From the NCBI RefSeq assembly GCF_001194135.2, contig NC_068987.1, positions 81,718,751 to 81,782,750 on the forward strand: a stretch of 64,000 nucleotides of DNA, in the 5' to 3' direction. The DNA comes from Octopus bimaculoides (lineage: Eukaryota). The notes below the pieces were generated by a model. It saw only the letters and a list, made by a program, of their open reading frames with translations. It did no database searches and was not told the DNA's origin. Both the position numbers and the translations under genes were made by a program. Of this stretch, positions 1-11,724 are shown one piece after another (positions within the stretch are counted from its first letter, which is position 1; every line of letters begins with the position of its first letter).

Positions 1-640
1 AACTTTCAGATAGGGACCGTCAGACTTGTATGTGAATTGTTAGAAAGGATCACAAATGTACAGCTCCCAAAATTACTGCAGAGCTTAACGACCACCCTGA
101 GAACCCAGTTTCTACAAAAACTGTACGCCGGGAGCTGCACAAAGCCAGATTTCATGGAAGGGCTGCAATCAGAAAACTACTACTTTCAAAAACAAACATT
201 GCAAAACATTTAGAGTGGAGTAAAAACCTACAGAATTGGTCCCTAGAGCAGTGGAAAAATGTTATTTTCTTGGAGGAGTCATCCTTTACCTTATTTCCGA
301 CCACTGGCTGAATATGTGTGGAGACGGCCAAAAGAAGCATTTGACCCAGACTGCCTTCTTCCAGCTGTTAAAAATGGAAGAGGATCTGTGATGATCTGGT
401 GGGGCTATATCTTAGAAATCCGCCGGCCCAATGGTTTCTATTCATGGCAGAATTAATAGTCAATACTATCTAAGTATTTTATCAGATCAAATTCATCCTA
501 TGATTGTGGAACTGTTTCCAGAGGAAAATGCAATCTTTCAGGATCATAATTCACCAATTCACACAGCTAAAGTTGATACTGAATGGCACGAGGAACATTC
601 TAATGAAGTTGAACCTCTTATCATTTGTGGACCGGTGTAA
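1..640 (+). mobile_element. Tc1-family transposase fragment (pseudogenised), truncated by window start
   Basis: Frame-hopping translation gives KLSDRD..STKTVRRELH..EQWKNVIFLEES..VWRRPKEAFDPDCLLP..GSVMIW..IFQDHNSPIH, i.e. Tc1 HTH plus DDE motifs; stop and frameshifts present. Confidence 0.9.
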
Positions 641-696
641 TGTATGCAGCCATCTCTGTTTTAAAGCAATTCTAATTCTTGTTTAGTTTTTTAGGT

Positions 697-1098
697 AAAT
701 CAAATCAAGATCGAAATCAAAATGGAAATTGTAGTTGTGGCCGATGCGAGTGCCGCCTGACTGGTACCTGTGCTGGTGGCAGGTAGGAAGCACCATTCAA
801 GCATGGATTGATGCCAGTGCCACCTGACTGGTTCCTCATGCCGGTGGCACATAAAAAGCACCATCCAAATGTTGTTGATGTCAATGCTACCTAACTGGCT
901 CCCATGCTGGTGGAATGTAAAAAACACCCACTACACTCTTGGAGTGGTTGACATTAGGAAGGGCATCCAGCTGTAGAAACCTTGCCAGATCAGATTGGAG
1001 CCTGGTGCAGCCTACTGGCTTGCCAGTCCCCAGTCAAACCTTCCAACCCATGCCAGCATGGAAAATGGACGTTAAACGATGATGATGATGATGATGAT
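697..1098 (+). mobile_element. RTE-type LINE 3' UTR / RTE-tailed SINE with three ~67-bp internal units and (GAT)n tail
   Basis: Ends CATGCCAGCATGGAAAATGGACGTTAAAC(GAT)n; the same tail recurs more than 15 times in the window and follows an RTE ORF end at 62.6-63.0 kb. Confidence 0.75.
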
Positions 1099-1330
1099 GT
1101 AATAAAGTTTTTAAAATCTGATGGTGGCCATCAAATTTATAGCAGCTTATTTCAGTGTGCCAAAGATCAGAACAGGCTGGATATTCATGGTATGGCTTTG
1201 TTGTTTAGAAGTTTGTTCTGCAATCCTGTTGCTTCAGGCTCAGTTCCTCAGCAAGGCACATTGGGTAAGTATTTTCTACTATCCTCCTAGACCAAGCAAT
1301 GCTTGGTAAGGGAATTTTGTAGATGGACAC

Positions 1331-1481
1331 TGCATGTGTGTGTCTATTTGTTTGTGTGTGTGTATGTGTGTGTGTTTATGTGTGTGCGTGCATATGTTTA
1401 TGTGTGAGTTTGTGTGCGTGTATGCATGTATGTGTTTATGTGTATGTGTGTGCATGTGTTTATGTGTGTGTTTGTGTGTGT

Positions 1482-1528
<47 letters not shown>

Positions 1529-1538
1529 CGTGTGCATG
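1331..1538. repeat. (GT)n compound microsatellite
   Basis: Direct. Confidence 0.95.
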
Positions 1539-2374
1539 TAACCTCAAGTATCAACATGAGGTTTACCACTAATTGAGCAAAGTAATGATGGTAATGACAT
1601 TCCTTATCATTACTGATAACTCTACAGTCTCAAAGACCTAGAATTTTTTAAAAAATTCCCTTATTCGAAATCAGATAAGTATTAGCAATAGGAAAATCCC
1701 CTGGTCATAATATTCTACCTCAAATAACTCGTTTTGTAAAAAAAAAAAAAAATAATAATATTTGAAACAGAAATATATTACTGTTTCTTATTTTGCAATA
1801 AGACTTAAATATATACAATCTTGCTGGAGTCATATTAACCATGCTAACTACTTTGAAAATATCAGCTCACTCGAATTCTTTATTTTTATAGCATATTTAG
1901 CTTTTTTTAGCTTCATTCAGTTGGTGTGAATTTCCTGTAATATCTTTCTGGCAAAGAGCATCAAAACAGATCCTAAATTATGATAGAAAACACTTGTTTC
2001 TCTTCATTTTAATTCCTGTTTTCTGTAAAATTACGATGCTGTCTTCATGTTTTTATTAACCACTTTTAGATAAATTTAGATTATTCTGCTTAAGTAAATC
2101 TCCCTTCTTTTATATGGCCTTACAAAATAGTTCTTTTGTGAAGCATTTGGATATCTAAATGAATACTAAATCTATCTTTCTTTCAATTTCAAACTCAAAC
2201 ATCTTTTTGGTAACACAAGAAGCCTCATTCATTCCCTAACATAATGAGAATTTCCTATAATCTCTCTCTCTCTTCTTCCCACTCTATCTCTTTATGTATG
2301 TACATGTATGTATACATATATGTGTGCATGCGTGTGTATACATACATATATATAGATACATTCATACTCGTACT

Positions 2375-2578
2375 TTCATCATTTAGAATCCATTTTTCCA
2401 TGCTGGCATGGGTTGGACTATTCATCAAGAACCAATGAGGTAGAGTGCAACACTGATGTTTAATGTCTGCTCTGGCATGGTTTCTACAGCTGGATGCCCT
2501 TCCTAATACCAACCACTTTACAGAGTGTACTGGGCAATTTCTTTGCAGCACCAGCACTGGTGAGGTCACCAAGTACAC
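2375..2578 (-). mobile_element. RTE-tailed SINE copy
   Basis: Reverse complement of family 3' end (TTTTCCATGCTGGCATGGGTTGG...GGATGCCCTTCCTAATACCAACCAC). Confidence 0.75.
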
Positions 2579-2982
2579 TCAACTGAGTTGGGGTATAGTA
2601 ATGAAGGGTATGAAAGTATGATAGAAAGACAAGAAGAGGTGAATTGATGGCTTCCTCAGCTAGAAGGAGAGAAGGAGAATTGGTAAGAGCAAACCCTCAA
2701 TGTACAAGGTGAATAAAAAAAGAAATGAAAGAGAGAGAATATGAATGGAAGAAGAGAAAAGGTAGGTTGGTAGGTGAGTTTGTCAGAAAAAAGTGTGACA
2801 GATGATTAGAGAAGCAGGTTGAGGTGGATAAAGTGAATATCAGATTGGAGGGGAGAAGTGTAGGGAATATATAGCCTTGGCCAAAAGTATTAGGCCACCC
2901 CAATGTTTTGGGGTTCTGCTATCTCAATGTTAATGAAACTTGTGCACGTGATAGATTATGGTATATTTCACAATATACATTA

Positions 2983-3529
2983 GTTTTAATATCTAGTTGA
3001 CCCGCTTTTAGCATCAATTACTGCGTTTATATGGTTAGGCATTGAATCAGCTAGTTTCTTGCAGGTGCTGCATTCTTGTCTTAACATTTGGTACAAATGC
3101 TCTTTATTTTCAATTGTTGTGTTCCTGATAGCTTCACCAAGAGTTCCCCACAGATGTTCGATCAGATTTATATTGGGACTTTGACCTAGACAGTTCGTGG
3201 GAACAATACCCTGTGTCTCAAACTATTGATGAGTATTCTTTGCTGTATGACAGGGAGCGTTTTCCTGTTGAAAGATAACATTGATTTTCGACACTCCTGG
3301 ATGCAAATTAGCAATTGATGGCTCTAAAACATCTGATAACATAGAAGCATAGGTAGCTGAATTTATCCTTCACTGACATAAAAACATTTCTCCAGGTTCT
3401 GTGGCATACATGCAGGCCCACACCATGTTAGAACCACTCCCATGTTTTTATGGTTAGTAGCAGACTTTCAGCCTTAAATGCTTCCCCAACTCTGCCACGC
3501 ATGAAAGTTGCACCAGATGTACCAAAAAC
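2983..3529 (-). pseudogene. Tc1 transposase exon 2 (catalytic domain), disrupted
   Basis: VFGTSGATF...GSNMVW...IFQQENAPCHTA..(34 aa)..GQSPNINLIEHLW...AVIDAKSGSTRY*; second Asp is Glu, internal stop. Confidence 0.85.
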
Positions 3530-3646
3530 CAGAGTAAGAGCATGAAAAATAATATTGGCTTTATGTTGGATACTTTTTTATATATTTTGGAAAAGAAACC
3601 AGTTACATTAAGTTTATATGTTGATTGAATACATGTACTATCTTAC

Positions 3647-4057
3647 CTCATAGTTACTTTCATCAGACCATATGACTTTTGACCATTGCTCACTGGTCCA
3701 ATTTGAGTGATTTTTGACCTGCTGAAGACGTTTTTCCATACTCACTTCAGAAACCCATGGCTTCTTCCTGCCTTTACAGTCTTTCAGACCGTACTCTACA
3801 AGCCTTCTTCTAACAGTTCTGGTTGATATTTGTGAAGTATTTGCCTTGTTGAAGTTCACACAGAGCTCCGATGATGTTTTTCTTCTGTTTCTGAGCGATT
3901 GACGGATGATGGATCTGTCATCATGAGGTAATGTAGCCTTTTTTCTACCTGTTCTTTGTATTGTCTTCACATCTTTTGTCTCTTTGAAGTGCTTGAGAGT
4001 CGTTTGCACTGTACATCGAAAACATTTCATCATCTGAGCAATTTGCCTTTGAGACAT
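3647..4057 (-). pseudogene. Tc1 transposase exon 1 (paired-like HTH domains to first catalytic Asp, WSDES)
   Basis: ORF 3638..4057: MSQRQIA...STRTVRRRL...KKPWVS...WSKVIWSDESNYE, then GAG|GTAAGA donor. Confidence 0.9.
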
Positions 4058-4404
4058 TCCATCTTCATAATGAGATACGATTTGACCTCACTCAACTTCC
4101 TTGTTTTAGGCATTTTACTGTTTATTAACTGTATCTACAACGTATTTTAGCATAAAACTCTGAAATAATCAAGGAAACATAAGTTAATTTTGGACATTGG
4201 TCTAACCCATAATTGGTTGCATATCTACAGTACAGTATAAAAGAGGTAATTGATGCTAAAGGAGGGTCAACCAAATATTAAAACTAATGTATATTATGAA
4301 ATATACCATAATCTACCATGTGCACGAGTTTCATTAACATTGAGATAGCAGAATCCCAAAATATTGGGGTGGCCTAATACTTTTGACCAAGGCTATATAT
4401 ACAT

Positions 4405-4600
4405 ACATAGGTACAGGATTAGGTGTGTGGTAAGAAGCTTGTACCTTGGACAAGTGTCTCCTACTATAGCTTTGTGCCAACCAAAGCTTTTTGTGAGTAG
4501 TGCATTTGGTAGATGGACACTGAAAAATACCCAGTTTGTATATGTATATGAATGTATTATGTATGTATGTGTGTTGCCTGTAGAAATTGCTGTATGCAGT
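4405..4600 (+). mobile_element. tRNA-headed CORE-like SINE, 5' half
   Basis: GTGTGGTAAGAAGCTT...CCTTGGACAAGTGTCTCCTACTATAGC...TTTGGTAGATGGACACTGAAA, then (TA/TG)n. Confidence 0.7.
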
Positions 4601-4689
4601 TAAACTCATTCTAATAGCTGAATCTGCAGTAGAATTGGAGAAAAATTTTCAGGTGTGGAATTTTTTCCTAATCCAGGCATCAAAAATCC

Positions 4690-5850
4690 TCCAATGACCA
4701 AAGTTTTAGTAAATAGAAAAACAGACAGGGCTCTGCTTTTATTAGGGAAATGGCTTTGATCAGTACGTAGAAAAGGAGTAGCTAGAAATTTGAAAAGGTG
4801 TATCCAATGCAAACTGAGGTGTTGTGGTATCACAGGAGGATAATATGGAATATAGACTTTGTGTGTAGCAGATGTACAGGAGCAATAATCACTAAGGGTA
4901 TATGGGAAACAGATTTTATTAAATGTCCAAGAGGATCGATCTCTAGATGTACAATATAGCTTCTGTTATCTGTGACCTAATTAGCAGTGGAGGAGGATGT
5001 TCTGAAAGTATAGATTTTTGAATAAGAAAATTCTGGAGGAAGTTTAGAGTTATTACCTCTGTTGGTAACAAAAGGTTTTTCTCTCGGGGTGAAAGGCAGA
5101 TTGTCTAATACTTGTGTATGAACAGCAATGCTACATGTGAGCCCTGAATGCAGAGAACATGAAACGATTAGAATGAAATGAAATATGCATATTCCATTGA
5201 GTGAGCAAAACCAGTGTTCATGAATGACAAAATACATATTTGTTGAAAGAAACATTGGACATAAGGGGAATTACTGTATTTGATGGTCTATAAGACTTTT
5301 TTTAACCCAAAAATGGTTTTTAAAATCCCCCTGCGTCCAATGCACTCAATGTAGGCTCAAAACTAGCTCAAAATGGTATGTATGTCTACAAAACGTATGC
5401 TGTCATCTGTTGGTGAACAATTGCCTATGGTATGTTTATATCGAATGTGGATGCAATAAATTGTTTATAATTACCGGTAATAACATAAAGTTATACAAGT
5501 AAGTGGAGGAATTAAAACATTATTTTAGTAGTAATTTATTTTACAAAAGTATAGCCTAGGCTAGGGTGTGTCCTATGCACTCGTGCATCTTATAGGCCAT
5601 CAAATATGGTAGTTGTGTGCAAAAGAGAAGATTGTGCAGGTCATGTGATGGGTATAGATGAGAACAGCGATATAAAGAAGTGCCGATTGCTTAAAGTGGA
5701 TAGAACTGTGGAAGAAGGAAACACAAGCACATATGAGATGAAGTGGCAAAGGTTGATCTCAGCTGTTTCAATCTTACATAGAGATGACAAGAGATTGGGA
5801 CATCTGGTGATATACAGTGCTTGTCAAAACCTGACCATCTCAGCAAAACT
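4690..5850 (+). mobile_element. RTE-clade LINE RT C-terminal fragment, interrupted by a MITE
   Basis: TKVLVNRK..GKW..SSGGGCSES..LLPLLVTKGFSLGVKGRL..GHVMGIDENSDIKKCR; matches the RTE C-terminus also seen at 62.6 kb. Confidence 0.8.
5274..5609. mobile_element. pogo/Tigger-type MITE (Tc1/mariner superfamily), TA TSD
   Basis: TIRs CTGTATTTGATGGTCTATAAGA / TCTTATAGGCCATCAAATATGG; TA at 5272-73 and 5610-11. Confidence 0.85.
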
Positions 5851-5879
5851 GAAATTCTAGAAGCAAAATGTCTAAATAC

Positions 5880-6600
5880 ACAATTGGTCCCCTTACCTGA
5901 TTTTAAAAATTTAGTCTTCCTTCCACCCTATCATTCACTGTCACTGATCTTTTCCTCACTTGCTTAATTTCAATATTCTTCTGTTGTAATAAAATGAGAG
6001 CAGAATTACACCTTTCATCATCCTTTTCTGTAATGTCAGTTGTCTTTCTCACTACCTGGAACCACAACAATGGACTTCCCTCCTTCATTCTTATATTGAT
6101 CCTCTTCACTCTCATCTTACATTGATCATTTCCCTCTTCTCTTCTTCTATTCTACCATATTATCTCCCCATCTCCACTGAACCACTTCTCGATTTGCCAA
6201 TATCATCAAACATCTCTAATCCTTTCCCTATACTGTTCATCTTTCTCTTCACTCAGACTTTTCCAACTGCTCCCCACCCACACTGCAACAACCTACCCAC
6301 TCATACGTTATCTCTTTCTCTCTATTCTGCTACTCTTCAGCTTCCTGTACTCATATGTAACGTTGATTACCTCTTCACCATTCACTAGATTCTCCCCTAA
6401 ACCCTTCTGAATTTCTAGTCATTGTCTCCTCTTCCCTACCTTACATCCAACACACATTGTCACAACCATCTTTATTTTCCTTTCCAGCTCAACACCAATT
6501 ACTGCTCACTCTTTTATAAAGTGAGTAACCCTATATTTCTTCTACAGCAAGGAACTTGTTCTGCTCCCTTCCCTCACACTCTAAGCTTTCATCACTTAAC
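5880..6600 (-). repeat. Purine-rich decayed interspersed repeat, possibly LINE endonuclease region
   Basis: Strong strand-biased purine content; shares CTTGCTGTAGAAGAAA-like motif with 42040-42370; no clear protein motif. Confidence 0.3.
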
Positions 6601-6751
6601 ACAAAGCTACCAATTTACTGAAAGACATAAACAAGTTTACAAATATCCCAAAACACTACACCACCCAATTAAAAGCCAAATTAATGAGATATGCATAAAT
6701 TGATAGATACACAAGCACTCATACACATAGACATCTCTGTCTGTCTGTCTG

Positions 6752-6799
<48 letters not shown>

Positions 6800-6822
6800 T
6801 ACATACATACATACATATATAT

Positions 6823-7192
6823 NNNNNNNNNNNNNNNNNNNNNNNNNNNNNNNNNNNNNNNNNNNNNNNNNNNNNNNNNNNNNNNNNNNNNNNNNNNNNN
6901 NNNNNNNNNNNNNNNNNNNNNNNNNNNNNNNNNNNNNNNNNNNNNNNNNNNNNNNNNNNNNNNNNNNNNNNNNNNNNNNNNNNNNNNNNNNNNNNNNNNN
7001 NNNNNNNNNNNNNNNNNNNNNNNNNNNNNNNNNNNNNNNNNNNNNNNNNNNNNNNNNNNNNNNNNNNNNNNNNNNNNNNNNNNNNNNNNNNNNNNNNNNN
7101 NNNNNNNNNNNNNNNNNNNNNNNNNNNNNNNNNNNNNNNNNNNNNNNNNNNNNNNNNNNNNNNNNNNNNNNNNNNNNNNNNNNNNNNNNNNN
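6823..7192. other. Assembly gap; others at 9272-9961, 18297-18600, 19633-20334, 21673-21926, 39293-39660, 41240-41853, 51062-51467
   Basis: Runs of N, mostly flanked by (TA)n or (CA)n. Confidence 1.
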
Positions 7193-7402
7193 TACATACA
7201 TGTGTGTGTGTGTGTGTGTGTGTGTCACCTTCACGCCTGTTCCCCGCCCCCTCAGACTTTCAGCAGTTTATACCATGTGTTTGGTCATTTGATGACACCC
7301 AAAAATATGCACAGCTAAGCTAAGAATTTCTTTTGTTTTTAATCGCTTTATTCATTTAGACCCATCTAACCCACAACATTACTCACCTTGTTTCTTGACT
7401 AC

Positions 7403-8395
7403 ATAACTTTGATAACTTTGATAGGTTTCGGCCAGTGTAGGCCCAGGCCATGTCTAACTCAATAGCACCACCTGGTGAAGTCTTTTAGTCATAGATGGGG
7501 AACCATGGCCCACTCTAGCAAAGAGTTATTATTGTTGGAGACATATCCGGGTGTATGAAGTTGGCCCGGGATTTTTTGAAGAAATTTGTCCAGTGAACTT
7601 TTGAATTTTAAGGGATCCATTTCTGTTTTGACATCTTTTGGTATGGTATTAAAGAGAACTGGATCGGTTGAGGTAAAGTAATTGTGGCGTAATGCTGCTA
7701 TGTATACTGAGTTTGATTTTTGTAGTGTGTGGATAGCACAAGGACCAAGTCTTGGATGGATTTTAAAACTGATGCCAACATCATTTGTGCAATATTGATG
7801 GAATATTTTTCGCATAACACAAATGATGTAGTGCTCCTGGCAGCGTTGGAGAGACTAGAGATTGAGTTTTTTTAGTCGACCTCAATAATCAATGCCTCTC
7901 ATGCTGTCTATCTTTCTTGTTATTGACCTCTGGAGTGCTTCTACTTTCATAATGAGTTGCTTCGTATGGGGGGAACCACAGTGGGCAACAGTACTCAAGG
8001 TGAGGTCGGGCAAAAGTAGAGTAGAGAAGGATGATGGTGTAGGCATCTCTAGACTAGAAAGTTCTCAGAATCCAGGAGCACATCTTGTGGGCCAAGTCAA
8101 CCTTGCTGTTTACGTGGGAACTCCAGCTTAGATTGTTATCAACAATTACTCCAAGATCTCTGGTGTTGCTGGATGACACTAGGGAGTCAACCAAGGGAAG
8201 AGCATATGGTAATTTCAGAGTTTCCTCTTTCCCAAACTGGATCAAATCAAACTTATCTTCATTTAAAAGCATATTGTTTTTTTTCTGCCCATTGGACAAT
8301 AGCAAACAGATCTGACTGAAGGCATGTTCCGTCTCTTATGCCGTTTATGGCTTTCTGGAGTTTGGAATCATGCACAACGATTTTCAATGTACAAT
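7403..8395 (-). mobile_element. CR1-clade LINE 3' portion (RT C-terminus, 3' UTR, short tandem tail)
   Basis: HDSKL (decayed xADD motif)..LQSDL..NNMLLNEDKFDLIQFG..RDLGVIVDNNLSWSSHV..LFNTIPKDVK..FKSSLDKFLQKIP; tail (ATCAAAGTT)2. Confidence 0.88.
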
Positions 8396-8651
8396 GTTTG
8401 CTGACATCTACATATATATACATATTTCATTCTGTCCTCTTTCTTGTTTGTTCTGCCCCCTAAAATGACTAACCTTGTTTCTTGGCTATATGTATATACA
8501 TATTTCGTATTTTTCTCTAAAATAATTTTTTCTTGTTTAATCTACTCCCTGAAATGACTTTCTCTCTTGTTCATGGTTGCTTTTGTAAACTGTAAACATC
8601 ATCACCATCATCATTATCATCATCATCCCTTAACGTCCGTTTTCCATGCCG

Positions 8652-9271
8652 GCAACTTCACTAGAATGTTCCTCGTGCCATTCAGTATCAACTTTAGCTG
8701 TGTGAATTGGTGCATTATTATCCTGAAAAATTGCATTTCCCTCCGGAAACAGTTCCGCACTCATGGGATGAATTTGATCAGATAAAATGCTTAAATAGTA
8801 TTAACTGCTAATTCTGCCATGAAGGGCCAGCAGATTTCCGAGATACAGCACCCACCTCCACCAGATCATCACAGATCCTCCTCCATTTTTAACAGCTGGA
8901 AGAAGGCAGTCTGGGTCAAATGCTTCTTTTGGCTGTCTCCACACATATATTCAGCCAGTGGTCGGAAATAAGGTAAAGGATGACTCCTCCAAGAAAATAA
9001 CATTTTTCCACTGCTCTAGGGACCAATTCTGTAGGTTTTTACTCCACTCTAAATGTTTTGCAATGTTTGTTTTTGAAAGTAGTAGTTTTCTGATTGCAGC
9101 CCTCCCATGAAATCTGGCTTTGTGCAGCTCCCGGCGTACAGTTTTTGTAGAAACTGGGTTCTCAGGGTGGTCGTTAAGCTCTGCAGTAATTTTGGGAGCT
9201 GTACGTTTGTGATCCTTTCTAACAATTCACATACAAGTCTGACGGTCCCTATCTGAAAGTTTTGGTTTTCT
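8652..9271 (-). mobile_element. Tc1-family transposase fragment, inverted copy of the family at 1-640
   Basis: Reverse complement of 8858-9260 matches 1-402 with 4 substitutions and one 2-bp indel; abuts N-gap. Confidence 0.92.
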
Positions 9272-10016
9272 NNNNNNNNNNNNNNNNNNNNNNNNNNNNN
9301 NNNNNNNNNNNNNNNNNNNNNNNNNNNNNNNNNNNNNNNNNNNNNNNNNNNNNNNNNNNNNNNNNNNNNNNNNNNNNNNNNNNNNNNNNNNNNNNNNNNN
9401 NNNNNNNNNNNNNNNNNNNNNNNNNNNNNNNNNNNNNNNNNNNNNNNNNNNNNNNNNNNNNNNNNNNNNNNNNNNNNNNNNNNNNNNNNNNNNNNNNNNN
9501 NNNNNNNNNNNNNNNNNNNNNNNNNNNNNNNNNNNNNNNNNNNNNNNNNNNNNNNNNNNNNNNNNNNNNNNNNNNNNNNNNNNNNNNNNNNNNNNNNNNN
9601 NNNNNNNNNNNNNNNNNNNNNNNNNNNNNNNNNNNNNNNNNNNNNNNNNNNNNNNNNNNNNNNNNNNNNNNNNNNNNNNNNNNNNNNNNNNNNNNNNNNN
9701 NNNNNNNNNNNNNNNNNNNNNNNNNNNNNNNNNNNNNNNNNNNNNNNNNNNNNNNNNNNNNNNNNNNNNNNNNNNNNNNNNNNNNNNNNNNNNNNNNNNN
9801 NNNNNNNNNNNNNNNNNNNNNNNNNNNNNNNNNNNNNNNNNNNNNNNNNNNNNNNNNNNNNNNNNNNNNNNNNNNNNNNNNNNNNNNNNNNNNNNNNNNN
9901 NNNNNNNNNNNNNNNNNNNNNNNNNNNNNNNNNNNNNNNNNNNNNNNNNNNNNNNNNNNNNTATATATTTAAATTCAATAATAGGACGAATTCTTTTACA
10001 AGAATTTATCAAGTAG

Positions 10017-10061
<45 letters not shown>

Positions 10062-10099
10062 CATACACACACATACACATATTTTTTTATATATACATA

Positions 10100-10600
10100 C
10101 ACACATAGCACCTTAAAAATATATAAATAAAACAGATCCCCTCTAGCCCTTTATATCCCAAATAAATACCCTAACATGTACACTCATCAAGCAAATAGAT
10201 AACAGCTTCAAGAAATACGCTCCAGAGAAAAGTCAGCTCATTTGAAGAATTTCAGTTATTTTACAGGAAACAAATGAAATAAACACCATTTCTACCCTAA
10301 ATTTTGAAAGTATTTTCACTAACATTTCAATGACAGAAACAACCAAAATTATATTACATAATGTATACAAACTGGCTAAAATAAAGCCATCAATGATGCT
10401 TGCAAAATTGTTTAGAAAACTACTGATAACCTGCACACTTGAGGTACCATTTTGCTACCAACAAGGTGAACTATATAAGCAAAGGATGGATTAGCAATGG
10501 TCTCTCCTCTTGGACCACATTTTCAGCTACTTTAGAAAACATGATAACGACTAAACAGAAGCATATACTATACATAGATGATTCCCTATACCATGGTACA
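10100..10600 (+). mobile_element. Penelope-like element RT fragment
   Basis: NFESIFTNISMTETTKIILHNVY (SLDVESLFTNVP-like), QGELYKQ..GLAMVSPLGP, YIDDS. Confidence 0.75.
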
Positions 10601-10689
10601 GAAATTCAGGGATACTAAAGTAACAGTTGCTGGCTGGTAGAAAGTGAAATGCTGCCATTGACTGGCTGAGGAGTGGTTGAGGTAGGAGG

Positions 10690-11705
10690 TGCTTGCTGGG
10701 ACAGTGGAAATAGGGTGTTCAGGCTTAGGCTACTTTTCAACCTGCCAGATTAGTAATACTATAGGAAAAGAACAACAACATCTCTATAGAGGAACCATAA
10801 ACCAGCAGGATGGTGGGACTCAACCAATGAGGAACCTGGACAAAATGGGCTTACATTCTGTAACAGAACATCACTTTGTTAGATTTCTAACACACTGACA
10901 CCCATTGCATCAGTTTCCTAATCCAGGTTCTTTATGATACCAAGTTTGTCAAATGGAGCAGGAGTAAAGCACCCTCCTATCCTCTGTGCTCTGAAAGAGG
11001 GTCCCTTCAACATTTTCTCGATAGCTGCCCCATAGTAACATGATCAGATTTTGAATGCATTTGCAGAGGATGTAATGACAGCCATTCAACTCAGTAAACA
11101 CCACCCAGGGAAACAGTGCATCACTATTCACAAAGCTGGAGAGAATTGTTCATAGAGGCATTAATGAGTGCTTGTACTTCCCACAGCCCCAGACTGGCAG
11201 CTGAAGGTGGATCTCGACAAACAATTGAAGTTCCCAAAGCACATCACATCAGCAAAACTTTCCCCAGACATTTTCATCTTCCTAGATTTTACCAAACAAG
11301 TGATCATGTGGAAACTGTGCCTTGAGAAGAATACATCGTAGACTCATTAGAGAAAGATTACCAACTACCAGGAGTTGGTAGAAAAGGGCAGAAACGATAG
11401 CTGGCAGGTACACTGCAAATCATTTGAAGTAAGCTGCTGGAGTTTTGTGGAGTATCCACTCTGCAGAGCTCTGACTGGACTTGGAGTTACTGGTACAGTA
11501 AAGTAAAGGACAATACATTCTGTCTCCAAAGTCACGGAGAAAACTTTGGATAAAGAGAGCAGACCAGTGGCTTGTTTATGACTTCTGAGATACAAGCTGG
11601 GACTTGATCAACCCCAGCTGGGTCAAATGGGCAAGGTAGGGATCTAGTGCTGAAAGACTTAAAACCTTCTATGACCCCAGAAACATCATTGAGGATGCAT
11701 TCCAT
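10690..11705 (+). mobile_element. Hero-like non-LTR retrotransposon 3' part with restriction-like endonuclease
   Basis: LIQVLYD..SYPLCS..WQLKVDLDKQLKFP..PD..ETVP*EE..YQELVE..FEVSC, plus 3' UTR GCTGGGACTTGATCACCCCAGCTGGGTC...GACCCCAG; heavily frameshifted. Confidence 0.72.
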
Positions 11706-11724
11706 AGTATCCAAGGGATGTAAT

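Larger units (their letters stand above)
2872..4395 (-). mobile_element. Full-length Tc1 (DD34E) DNA transposon, ~150-bp TIRs, TA TSD
   Basis: TIRs 2872-3021 and ~4246-4395 (TAGCCTTGG[C/T]CAAAAGTATTAGGCCACCCC..., about 11 mismatches in 150 by eye); TA at 2870-71 and 4396-97; transposase on minus strand. Confidence 0.95.

Noticed and set aside
1279-1576. ORFs rich in HT/CV/YI dipeptides here and at 11.5-12.0, 20.4-21.1, 26.1-26.6, 30.0-30.3, 33.5, 42.5, 51.7-52.3, 60.0-60.5 and 63.4-64.0 kb
   Set aside because: Translations of di- and tetranucleotide microsatellites
6637-7323. Long ORFs containing X runs (also 9.0-10.1, 18.1-18.6, 19.6-20.4, 21.6-22.0, 39.0-39.8, 41.1-42.0, 50.6-51.6 kb)
   Set aside because: Artefacts of translating assembly gaps
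7378-7440. Strong minus-strand donor CAAG|GTGAGT and a GGCC-loop-GGCC-GAAAC motif resembling part of a hammerhead
   Set aside because: Upstream sequence is the CR1 tail with no acceptor; no CTGATGA core, so it is the LINE 3' stem-loop
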